Below are positions 53,011 through 64,000 of a stretch of DNA of 64,000 nt, piece by piece. This stretch comes from Octopus sinensis. Taxonomy: Eukaryota. Location of the stretch: contig NC_042999.1 of assembly GCF_006345805.1 (NCBI RefSeq), positions 53,258,001 to 53,322,000 of the forward strand, written 5' to 3'. The first letter of the stretch is position 1. Each line of letters starts with the position of its first letter. The notes beneath the pieces were generated by a model, which was given only the letters and a program-made list of their open reading frames with translations, ran no database searches and was not told the DNA's origin. The translations under genes were made by a program, and so were the position numbers.

Positions 53011-53054
<44 letters not shown>

Positions 53055-53249
53055 ATCAATTTTGTTTCAATGAAGATCTTAAATTGTCCGAATTCCAAAT
53101 TGTCCAGCTTCGCCCCTGATATTTCTCCAAACGTGTTTTTCTTTTTAATAGATATTTTTTTAAGGATCTGATGTTACTGAGATAGCATTTGACATGTGTG
53201 ATTTATAAAATATACACTTATTCGCGTTAGACCATACGTATATTTGTAT

Positions 53250-53760
53250 ATTATCGAAGGCTAACCATCTGCTGTATACCTGTCTTCTATAAGGCAGGTA
53301 TTTTCACATGGTCAACGCAGTCTTTTAGATCAATCCCTTCTTACTTATCCTTTGATGAGTTACACCTGTTATTCTCCGAATTGTGAGATTGTTATTATGG
53401 AAATGTAATCAGGTGTTGGAACCTCATTAGCTGCTGAACTGTTATCAAGCAAACGATGATTGATAGTCTCCTTCGGGTAGTTAACGTAATAGACACGCTG
53501 TTGTGTGTTTGTGCTTATAATGGTATATATACATCAATACATATATTTTATATATATATATAATATATATATATATATATAGTGAGAGAGAGACAGTAAT
53601 TAAGCAAACGAAAGAAGGACACTCAGCACACGGGAGTTACATGTAGAGATCAAAATAGTTTGACTCAAAATCCGTGGTACTCTGAGTTTCAAACGTGTGG
53701 TTACTCATCGGTCAATGAAGGGTCGATTTGAAGAGGGTCAACATTTTGAACTGTGTATAG
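53250..53760 (-). mobile_element. Possible Penelope-like RT C-terminal remnant
   Basis: Minus frame VNYPKETINHRL resembles the NxYPxxxI motif of Penelope elements; weak. Confidence 0.35.
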
Positions 53761-54196
53761 GATCACCAAATGCGAACTTTTATTGAAATTTACAAAAGCC
53801 TTTGTGAGGCTGTGAATGACATCTATTCCATCTTCAGTAGAAAGAAATAGGATGGGATTTGGGGCTTATAATAAACTCGTGCATTGAAACATTGTTAAAT
53901 TAATCGTTTAAAATCCAGATAGTTTTGGATATTGTGTTTGTGAACCGAATTCGACTACATAATGCGTAATTATACAAGGATTTTCAGTAAGCATTACAGG
54001 GCATTTTGTTTCATTTTACTTCACAAGGGCACATTTTATGTTTTATTAAGTAACATTACTTCTGAGAGTTGTACTTACGTAGAGAAGAGTTTTTTCTCGT
54101 GTTCGAAATAGAAAGATTTGTAGTATTTATTCTGGGTACGAAATGTGAAAATCCCACTGATATTAAGCCTATGTCTGATCAGACGATATTTATATG

Positions 54197-54430
54197 CTAA
54201 GGCGGCGAGCTGGCTGAAACGTTAGCACGCCGGGCGAAATGCGTAGCCGTATTTCGTCTGCAGTTACGTTCTGAGTTCAAATTCCACCGAGGTCGACTTT
54301 GCCTTTCATCCTTTCGGGGTCGATAAATTAAGTACCAGTTACGCACTGGGGTCGATGTAATCGACTTAATACCTATGTCTGTCATTTTTTGTCCCCTCTA
54401 TGTTTAGCCCCTTGTGGGTAGTAAAGAAAT
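54197..54430 (+). mobile_element. SINE family C, young full-length copy
   Basis: taaggcggcgagctggctgaaacgttagc...cccttgtgggtagtaaagaaata; nearly identical to the 61 kb units. Confidence 0.9.
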
Positions 54431-54449
54431 ATATATTTATATGCTTGAG

Positions 54450-55300
54450 AGAAGCGTTTATTTATGATATTAAGGGAAATATTTGAAATTTGGAAGTAGT
54501 ATTTAAACTAAATGGTAGATTATACCGTATAGTGTCTAATTTCCTATTTTTACTTATACAGTTTTTAGGTTTATCGTTCAATCTTTGTATTCCATCTTCG
54601 TAGGCTTTGTATTTTAATACGTCATTGGCATAATGATCCACACTCTTAAATGTGAATATACAATTATTAATGTTATAAAGTTCGTTGAAGGTTATTGGAC
54701 AATGGCTGAAACATTTTTTAATAGTCGGTAAATTCTCGTTAGACTCACTAATGGCTGTAAGTTTCAATACATACATTTAGAGTTATCATTTATTAGCTAA
54801 ATATACTTAAATTTGTACCTACTACTACCATTGTAAATATATTGATAAAACCTCTTCATAATAGCATACATTATTTGGCCATTTATGCCACACAATATCA
54901 CATTCCAATCCATCTGATACAACTTAAACTCTGCAGAAAAGGTCAGAGCCTTCAGTAGAACAAGAACGTACACTCCTAACAATCCGAGTCATAATTAGCA
55001 TGGTTACAACAAGACATTTCTGGCTATTAAGTTTAATCTAAAAATGAATTATTGCCAATAATATTAATATTCGAAACTTAACGAGATTAATATATTTATT
55101 GGATCCGCATGGGTTTTCAAGAAAAGATTTCGTTATAGATGTCTGAAATTTACTAAATCGAAATGCATTAAATTGCAAAACGTGCGAGTGTTCCATGTTA
55201 TAAATACATTTGATAATTGATAATCTATAAGTGAGGTGAATTAATGTACTCAGTGTCATAAATAATGGAACTTAAAGTATATTTTTTGCTCCTACCTACC
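54450..55300 (-). mobile_element. Penelope-like element RT/linker remnant
   Basis: RKLDTIRYNLPFSLN resembles the RxxxWFNPPFS motif of Penelope linkers. Confidence 0.55.
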
Positions 55301-55616
55301 TCATGTCACCAAGATTTATATATCTATATTTGGGAGTGCCTAAAAATTAATCACTCTGATCTTGCTAGATAATTTAATGGATCAAGTAGAGCTAAAGTTT
55401 CCACTCAATCGTTAATTCTGTTTCAGCAAAAATTTTGTTTTGCTTTATTGCAAGGGAGTAGTGAGTGTTAGCTTTAATTGTGTATTGAGGATTTCGTAGG
55501 GAGAAACATGCTGTTCGATTTTCTATAAGTTTTGTACAGATCAAATCGAGATTGGCTGTTGGAAGTCACATTTCTTCGATAAAGTTCACTAAAGATATCA
55601 ATCCAATCTTTTACCT

Positions 55617-55905
55617 TAATTTTTTACCGGTTTCAGCCATAAGACTGCAATTTTGCTGTGGAATACCTTGGAGCATTTTAGTCCAACGAATAGGCCCCGG
55701 TACTTTTATTTTCAAGCCTGGAAAACGCTAAGTTGCGGGAACGTAAATGCACCAACACCGGTTGTCAAATGCTGGTGACGGACAACCACAGACAGAAAGA
55801 CATAAACACACACATGCGCACGCATACACAAGGTACCACGCAGCTGGACTGAAACCGGAATCATGTACACGGGAAGCAAACTTCTTACCACACAGTCGCG
55901 CATAT
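55617..55905 (-). mobile_element. SINE family B, internally deleted
   Basis: Tail, body and head pieces colinear with other copies. Confidence 0.75.
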
Positions 55906-56039
55906 GCCGAAGTATGGTCTATTTGTAGATAAATCCACATTTAGGTAAATAATAACAAGAAAGTGATTTGACGACATAAAGCAGAATATAACAACTCATC
56001 CTAATCATTTCTTTGTACTTCATAAACATATAGGTCCTA

Positions 56040-56166
56040 CTGTTTTAAAGAGCACGCTCCAAGGTCATAAATTTCTATCAATCTCTTTGCAGAACGACTA
56101 GGTTACGGAGACGTAAACGCATCATCATCGGTTGTCACATGATGGTGGAGGGGGACAAGCACAGAC

Positions 56167-56220
<54 letters not shown>

Positions 56221-56448
56221 AATAAGAGTGTAGGCGCAATGATCCAATGGTCAGGGCAGCGGACTCGCGGTCGTAGGATCGCGGTTTCGGTTGCCAGACC
56301 GGGCGGTGTGAGTGTTTATAGAGCGAAAATACCTAAAGCTCCACGCGGCGAGGGTGGTGGCGAAACCTGCTGTACTCTTTCACCACAACTTTTTCACTTT
56401 TTCTTTCTGTTTCTGTTGTACCTGTATTTCAAAGGGCCACACTTGTCA
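56040..56448. repeat. SINE B(3' half, -)/SINE A(+) composite, duplicated at 57340-57872
   Basis: Shared private variants (aacgcatcatcatcggttgtcaca; aagagtgt junction; aaatacctaaagctcc). Confidence 0.85.
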
Positions 56449-56816
56449 TAGAGATCTGTCATAGAAATAGCGCTTGCATGAGTTAGAGTTGTACCAAACT
56501 CACCATTGCTTCTATATCGAATCCTTTCCTCGTTGAAATACTAGGAATTATTCAAATGTGCAAACGAACAAAGGTTTATGTCTATTGCCATAGGGTGTAT
56601 CCTGCAAACAAATGAAAACACAAACGAACATACATAGTGATCAGACACTTAGAAAGATGTCACACAACGACCGTATCCAGACATAGAGATTTAAGAGTCA
56701 TGACGTCACCGATTATAAAATTACCTTGTTAGAAAATCTCTGTAAGCGACGAAAGCAGTAACAATACTAAGAAGTAAAGTTTATCCCCCTCTATACATGA
56801 TTGTTTAGCCTTTTAA

Positions 56817-56992
56817 CCCCAAGAGGACGCCTCGTCCAGCTGGTTAGTCGATGGAATCTGCCACTACCATTATCCAGCGACCCTACCATCTTCCTGTCGC
56901 TGGTAGATGGTAGGGGTTCGTCCCGCTGCGTGCAATATATATCGTGTGAAAATTGCATCGCATAATCAGCTGGATGAGGCGTCTTCCTCGGG
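56817..56992. mobile_element. piggyBac-like MITE
   Basis: TTAA on both sides; about 30-bp TIRs starting CCC (ccccaagaggacgcctcgtccagctggtta vs cccgaggaagacgcctcatccagctgatta). Confidence 0.85.
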
Positions 56993-57339
56993 TTAAAATT
57001 TTAGTAGCGTTGGTTCATACGGAACAGTGATGTTGAGTTGGCGGTAAACAACATTTCTCAGTATAAAATCCGCTGTATTAATTTCTATAGAATTCAACAC
57101 CTTTATTTCTCGGAAAGTACAACATCCAATTACAGTGATTTGGCATTTTAAATCAAATATTGCAATTTTTGAATTCTTGTAATGATATAAAAAGAAATTT
57201 ATTCAGAAAATTATTTCCAGAAAAGTCCTCGTAAAAGTACTGCTGACCTGCTTTAAAAATTTTTTTTTAAATCAACAACTTCAAAAGATGGTTATTCGTT
57301 TATTCTATTATTCTTTTGCTTGTTCCAATCATTTTAATG

Positions 57340-57872
57340 TAGCCATGCTGGGGCGCCACTTTAAACGGTTTCAGTCGAGAAAAATCGACCCCAGAGACTT
57401 ATTCTATGAATTTCTTTGCAGAACAACTAGGTAACGGAGACGTAAACGCATCATCATCGGTTGTCACACGATGGTGGAGGGGGACAAGCACAGACACAAA
57501 AACACAAATATATATATATAGAGAGAGAGAAAAAGAGTGTGGGCGGAATGACCCAATGGTCAAGGCAGCGGACTCGCGGTTTCGATTCCCAGACCGGGCG
57601 GTGTGAGTGTTTATAGAGCGAAAATACCTAAAGCTCCACGCGGCTCCGGCAGAGGGTGGTGTCAAACCCTGCTGTGCCCTTTCACTTTTTCTTTCTGTTT
57701 CTGTTGTACCTGTATTTCAAAGGGCCACACTTGTCACACTGAATCTCTCTAAGATTTACGTTAAGGGCACACTTGTTTGTGGAGTGCTCAGCCACTTTCA
57801 TGTTAATTTAACGAGCAGGCTGTTCCGTTGTTCGGATCAACTGGAACCCACGTTGCCGTAACCGACGGAGTG
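57340..57872. mobile_element. SINE B 3' half (-) plus full SINE A (+, 57539-57872)
   Basis: See the duplicate at 56040-56448; tail ...caactggaacccacgttgccgtaaccgacggagtg. Confidence 0.85.
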
Positions 57873-57975
57873 CCCCGAATATATATATATATATATATAG
57901 AATGTGTGTGTGTCGTTGAAAGCTCGAAATAGTAAGTAATTAGCAGTCGACAACTGAGGAGGTGGTTATATATAT

Positions 57976-58427
57976 CATGCTGAAAATAGCAGCCATGATC
58001 TGACTCTAAAACCACTTTAATTGTCCATATATCAACACGGAGAGAAGTCAAAGAGATCAGATGAAACTAGTAAAAGTATAATTCTAGATTCTGCATTTTG
58101 CCTCGTCAGTAGAATATCTCACATGCAATTAAACGACGGGCATTTTGAACTGACCATGATGCATATGTGCATATGTATGTAGGTATATGTTCGTATATCT
58201 AAGCATTCGTATGTTGTGCTTATACATATATGTATTTATGTTTTTCTTCTGTGTGTATTCTACTAACGAGGCAAAACATTCCTAAATGCAAAGTCAGAAA
58301 TCCGGGATCTAGAATTATCCAGTAATCTTTTTCTAGTTTCATCTTGTATCTTTGTTTTCTCTCCGTGTTGATATACGGACAATTAAGGTGGTTTTAAAGT
58401 CAGATCATGGCTGCTATTTTCAGCATG
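57976..58427. repeat. Inverted repeat (about 140-170-bp arms) with decayed hammerhead-like core
   Basis: catgctgaaaatagcagccatgatctgact / agtcagatcatggctgctattttcagcatg. Confidence 0.9.
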
Positions 58428-58561
58428 GTGGTATCTCGTAGATGCCCTAATTTATAAGTTTAATAATTATTACCTTTGAAGGTTATTTTTTTCCATGCTG
58501 AGCACTTGATAAAATCGTTATTTTATTTTTAAATTAACGATCTTATCCTTATTAATATATA

Positions 58562-58596
<35 letters not shown>

Positions 58597-58599
<3 letters not shown>

Positions 58600-58769
58600 G
58601 ATGGGCTTTTTTTCTCAGTTTCCGCTGACAAAATCCACTTACAAGGCTTTGGTCGGCCCGTTGCTATAGTCGAAGCCACTTACTTGCCCAACGTTCCACG
58701 CAGTGGGACTGAACCCGGAACTATGTGGTTGTGATGCAAGCTACTTAGAACACAGTCTCGCCTGCGCCT
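58597..58769 (-). mobile_element. SINE family B, 5' half
   Basis: aaatccacttacaaggctttggtcggccc...cctgcgcct. Confidence 0.85.
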
Positions 58770-59640
58770 ACACATCAAAACGCATTCAAAATTTTATTCA
58801 AAATATTCTTTACTTGCTTTAGTGTTTCTTTAGATAAATGCTACTGAAAGAATGAATACAAGATGAAGATATCACGTGTTCTACGTGTGACCAATCAATA
58901 CACATCTGAGTGGGATAGTCTCTAACGTTTCTTAACACACACTCATATCACGAGTGCTAGTTATATTTTGAAATGTATATAAAATTATTTTGTTAATAAT
59001 TTAAAATATAGAATTATCATAACATTTCTTTCGTGATACGCTATTTCAAACTTTTGATAAATTACTAAAGTGAAACTCAGTGTTATGGTACAAGAATTAT
59101 CCGCAATAAATAATGAAAATTATTCATAAACAAATCAGTGTGCAATTATTTGTCGATGACTGATTGATTCTGAAGAAATTTTAGAAACAATGGCCTTCAT
59201 TCATTTACTCATATTTCTAATAAAACATGATCTGCAATTATGCGGGTATATATGTATGTATATAAATATATATATATATATACGTGCATATGCACGTATC
59301 TTTGTATAGATATATAAAGATATGTCTATAGACATATATATATATATATATGTGTGTGTGTGCCTGTTTGTGTGCTTATATCTGTGTGCGTACGTGTTTG
59401 TGCGTATGTGCTAGCGTGTATGAGTGCGCGTATGTGTATGAGAGAGACAGACTGACAGAGGTTATGTGTGTATAACTATAAATTCATACATAAATACAAA
59501 CTCGAATATTCTGAATTCGACAGTTTGCACAGACAGTAACGGAAACACGATATCGCATCAAAGGAAACATTTTTTAAAAATCAAAACATATCGAATAAAT
59601 TATGGCTGGGAGATAAACTGTTTATGCAAAAATGTAGCGA

Positions 59641-60128
59641 CCCTCAGCTTCCACTACAGACTCAGAATGGCCCTGGAACCTCCTGGCTCATTCATTCCTC
59701 ACTATCCTTGAGAAGATCTTGGTTTTGGCCACTGGCTTAGTTGCAGGCTTAGTAGTCGCTCCTTTCCCAACCGCGGCCCACGCAATCGAGACAATTAGGA
59801 GAGCAGATATTGAGGCTGGTGAAGTCGTAGACATTTCCCGGCAAATAATTCTGACAGTATCAGAAGGAATGGCAAGGAGCAGAATCTTGCAGCCTCCTAG
59901 CAGCAACCTTCTACAGTTAGTAATTGACCACAGTCTCCAGCAGGTTTTCCCAGCAGTCTGAATTGAGCTTGAAGCGCTTTTCAAAGATGTGGGGATTAAC
60001 TCAGAACGCCTGTTGTGTCCCATCCTTCAGACCTTCCTCGTCGCTGTAACAGATGTCTCTGTCATCCTTTACAGTATTCACAGAACAATCAGCAACAGTC
60101 ATTTTGTTGGCATTTATCAGGGCTGTTT
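59641..60128 (-). other. Unexplained codon-periodic island behind a strong acceptor (possible terminal exon or pseudo-exon)
   Basis: Acceptor ctcttcatgtctctttttcttttcag at 60129-31; frame ETALINANKMTVADCSVNTVKDDRDICYSDEEGLKDGTQQAF* continues without frameshift through nine stops. Confidence 0.35.
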
Positions 60129-60408
60129 CTGAAAAGAAAAAGAGACATGAAGAGTGATCATATTTAGCCCGAACACTCTGTGTATGCATCAAAATCTCGC
60201 TACACCCCCCCCACATATATATATACATGTATATATGGTACAGGACATCAAATAAACTTTGAACACAATGAGAAACGGAAGCATAAAACCAAAACATGGA
60301 AACGAACTTTTTTTCAAAAAACGAAAAAACAGAGTACAAGACATACAACACAGGGAATATTCCCCTTCTTCAGTTGTCCCCGTTTCGTCTACTCCATGTT
60401 TCGAAGGT

Positions 60409-60442
<34 letters not shown>

Positions 60443-61066
60443 CACACACACACACACACTAACAATTAGCCCCCGTTCCCTCAATGTTTGAGTGTGAATC
60501 CAATTTGTGCAATGGGTTGTAATTTGTGACATTGAGCAAAGGACTTCACTCTCTTTGCTCATGTCTGTTCCACTGAAAAGTAGTGTACCAGCAGAGTACT
60601 GGCACATCGCTCTTTCCACAACACCGATAGTTTTGTGATTCGGTTACCTTCAGGTTGGGAAGACCGAGACACAGCCTACATCTGCTCGCAACTAAATTGG
60701 TAGCGGAATCTTATAGTGAAATTACTGCATATTTTACTAAGTTTTACTGGCTTACAAATGTCATCGACGGCTAATGCATACTTGTGTGTGTGTTAGAGAG
60801 AGAGAGAGAGAGAGAGAGAGTGTGTGAGTTTGAGTAGTGAAACAGTATACTTAGTTCATGAAAAACGGGATGAAAGTGAGAGCTCCTGACGAAATATATT
60901 CATATGGTGTCTAATCTACTTAATTTAATTAGTTCAAGAAAATGAATTAATGAAGAAAGGAAAAAAGATACTATTTTCATAGTTCTTGCAAAATGTATCA
61001 AATCAGACTCAGAGAATTGTAATCGTTTCAAAATGAAATGGATGCATGTAGGTGTGTGTAGGACTT

Positions 61067-61670
61067 CCTATTTCTTTATTACCCACAAGGGGCTAAATAC
61101 AGAGGGGACAAACAAGGACAGACATAGGTCTTAAGTCGATTACATCGACCCCAGTGCGTAACTGGTACTTAATTTATCGACCCCGAAAGGATGAAAGGCA
61201 AAGACGACCTCGGCGGAATTTGAACTCACAACGTAACGCCAGACGAAATACCTATTTCTTTATTACCCACAAGGGGCTAAACATAGAGGGGACAAACAAG
61301 GACATACATAGGTATTAAGTCGATTACATCGACCCCAGTGCGTAACTGGTACTTAATTTATCGACCCCGAAAGGATGAAAGGCAAAGTCGACCTCGGCGG
61401 AATTTGAACTCACAACGTAACGGCAGACGAAATACCTATTTCTTTATTACCCACAAGGGGCTAAACATAGAGGGGACAAAAAATGACAGACATAGGTATT
61501 AAGTCGATTACATCGACCCCAGTGCGTAACTGGTACTTAATTTATCGACCCCGAAAGGATGAAAGGCAAAGTCGACCTCGGCGGAATTTGAACTCACAAC
61601 GTAACGGCAGACGAAATACCGCTAAGCATTTCGCCCGGCGTGTTAACGTTTCTGCCAGCTCGCCGCCTTA
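61067..61670 (-). mobile_element. SINE family C trimer: one head plus three 184-bp bodies
   Basis: Units start at 61067, 61251 and 61435; flanks taggtgtgtgtaggact / taggtgtgtaggact. Confidence 0.95.
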
Positions 61671-61896
61671 GGTGTGTAGGACTACCGTACGTTTAGTATA
61701 GTCACAGGTACGATTCGTTCCTATAATACTTTATCAGCTAAGCTTTGTCACATTGATAAGTTGCAGAAATTTAGAATCAATGTCTAAGTCTTCGAGACTT
61801 CAGTGAAATGTTTTTCACTGATTAAAACATTTTCAAATATATCGTGTGAACATTTTCCAAAAACGCCTCAGTACGTGATGAATATATATTCTGTTA

Positions 61897-62213
61897 TTCT
61901 TTTATTTGTGTCAATCATTTGACTGCGGGCATGCTGGAGCACTGCTTTTAGTCGAACAAATCGACCCCAGGCCTTATTCTTTGTAAGACGAGTACTTATT
62001 CTATTGTTCCCTTTTGCCGAACTGCTAAGTCACAGGGACGTAAACACATCGGCATCGGTTGTCAAGCGATGGGTGGGTGGGGACAAACACGGACACACAC
62101 ACACGTTTTTTAATTTTCCTCTGTTTACGGAATTACTACTATTTGTGGTTGAAGCCCTGGCTGCTTCTTCTAGTGGGTCGAACGGCCTATTATGGCCGCT
62201 CCTCAAATTGTTG

Positions 62214-62248
<35 letters not shown>

Positions 62249-62766
62249 AAAAAAGCAACAAGAATGGATTAAAATCTCGGTACGATCGTTTCGTACGAGG
62301 ACATCTTTAATAAGCTACAAAAAATGCAGTGAATACAGATGGCTCGTACTCGTCAGCCGAAAAAATATCAGAGAATTCCCAAACATCAAAAGGGGTAGAT
62401 ACAAAAGAGGTTGTAAGATTAACTGCATTGAAGAAAGTTCGATTCATGGAGATCCGATGAAAGGTTTTAAACCTATAGAATTTATGCATGTCTACATATA
62501 GCTCATATTGAATATTTGATCAAGTTGTATGAAGAAAGTTTCGGATACAGTCATGCAAAATTTCTGAAAATCCGAGTAAGAGGCAAAGTGACTGCCACAT
62601 CATGTAGAGGAAAGTCTGAGTCAAAACATAGTGACTGTCATATCGTGTAGAGGAACCGATTGTTATTGAAATTTACAAGAATATTCTTGTAAATCTTTAT
62701 TTGCGGTAGAAGCTTTGGCTGTTATTTCTAGTGGGTGAATGGCCTATTATGGCCGTTCCTTAATTG

Positions 62767-62801
<35 letters not shown>

Positions 62802-62960
62802 GGCTTCTTTCCGTTTTCATTTACCAAATCCACTCACAAGGCTTTGGTCGGCCCGCGGCTATAGTAGAAGACACTCGTCCAAGGTGCCACGCAGTAGGAC
62901 TGAAGCCGGAACCATGTGGTTGGTTAGCAAACTACTTACCATGCAGCCACTCCTGCGCCT
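61897..62960 (-). mobile_element. SINE family B split in two (3' half 61897-62105, 5' half 62800-62960)
   Basis: The two halves are colinear and complementary parts of the consensus. Confidence 0.8.
62107..62780 (-). mobile_element. Penelope-like remnant nested in the SINE
   Basis: Direct repeats ...tctagtggg(tc/tg)gaa(c/t)ggcctattatggccg at about 62160-62215 and 62717-62770; minus frame ASYSDFQKFCMTVSETFFI (GIY-YIG tail-like); half hammerhead gaaac-gatc-gta at about 62290. Confidence 0.6.
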
Positions 62961-64000
62961 GTATAGTTTATTTTGTTACAGTGCACCAAATGCATTTTTC
63001 CAATCAAAAGATTTTTTGAAATAAAATTTACGTCCGTTCTTTATTTTTAACTTAGAGTGTGTATTCAGGGATACTGGGTTGCGATTTCTTGCACTCTCTC
63101 AATTACATGGAAGTTTTCTCAAAAATTGTGCTGAACATTACTAGACAATGCTGGACATTACTGGGCAGTTCTGCACAGATAGAGTGATGCAGTCATGGAT
63201 TTCTTTCAACGACCTAACTACACAATTTCGCAACACCTAATGATCAAACAACTACGAATTTAAAACCAACCATCTACCTCTCTCACTCTCTCTTCTACTT
63301 TCTCTCTCTTTCTATTTGATTTTCTCTCTCTACCTATCTATTTGTCGATCTATCAGTTTACCTACCTACCTACCTGTCTATCCATTTATCTGTCATCTAC
63401 ACACAATCACACAAGCAGCCCAACTAAATTATTACGAGCACATTCTCTTATAGTAATTCTATAATGACATTAATCTCGTCATTCCGACCCCTTTCAGCAT
63501 TTATTCATCTATCTACTAATAATAAAACAGAAGGACTTAAGGCGACAAACTTCTATTGTTTTCCGTTTAACCCCGATGTCGAGTGTCATTCATATTGTCA
63601 GCCGATGAAATATAATTTTATCAATGCATTTGGCCAAACAAATCTTGCTGCCTTTAATATTCACGTCAGATTGGAACACCAGGTCTGGCGCACATGTACA
63701 TTTAGAATGGGAATATTTCATGTTAAAGATGTATGTTGAGTAGTATTTGTGTGGTAACACAGTATCTGAATAATAGACTGTTTGTAAAAGCTCAGTGATT
63801 GGGGAGAAATATTTCTTCTCTCAGTATTAATATGAATCGATAGTTACAGAATGATATTTAAATTGTGTCCATTTCAGAAATAATAACATGTACAACTAAC
63901 GTGTTCACATTCATGGTAGATGTTTCACAAGGAATTTATGTAGAAGGTTTGAAAATTTTATACAATTTTGTCGCAAAATAAAATTATAAATTGAACTGCA

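Noticed and set aside
59641-60128. Selenoprotein, NUMT or DnaJ-type CxxCxGxG (CLDCVGRG) explanation
   Set aside because: TAA and TAG are also in frame, so Sec or the mitochondrial code cannot open it; no known Sec motif; a single CxxCxGxG can be chance.
61067-61618. CRISPR-like appearance of regular repeats (also 24064-25030)
   Set aside because: No unique spacers, eukaryotic context and no cas genes.
63464-63739. 91-aa ORF
   Set aside because: No recognisable domain or codon bias; within chance expectation.

Overview
AT-rich eukaryotic (animal) genomic DNA, almost entirely repeats and most likely intronic or intergenic. The tRNA-headed SINE families, the (TA)n/(AAT)n load and the R4/Dong and Penelope debris resemble, from memory, an octopod cephalopod (Octopus) genome; this is an inference and was not database-checked. 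There is no CRISPR array, rRNA or real tRNA gene, and no protein-coding gene I can name. Most listed ORFs are microsatellite translations or transposon remnants. Supported content: four SINE families (labelled A-D here); a dense R4/Dong LINE cluster at 32-39 kb plus fragments at 11.6-14 kb; CR1 and RTE fragments; a Tc1 with intact TIRs but a deleted catalytic motif; a decayed Helitron helicase and two non-autonomous Helitrons sharing its 3' hairpin; piggyBac- and Tigger-like MITEs; and several Penelope-like remnants. The best leads are: (1) a complete type I hammerhead ribozyme with an unusually long stem II at 23829-23936, inside a nested fold-back block, with decayed hammerhead cores in other palindromes; (2) minus-strand segments with strong splice sites, including a 15-nt microexon candidate; (3) a codon-periodic island at 59.6-60.1 kb with nine in-frame stops and no frameshift; (4) a SINE trimer bounded by one target-site duplication.
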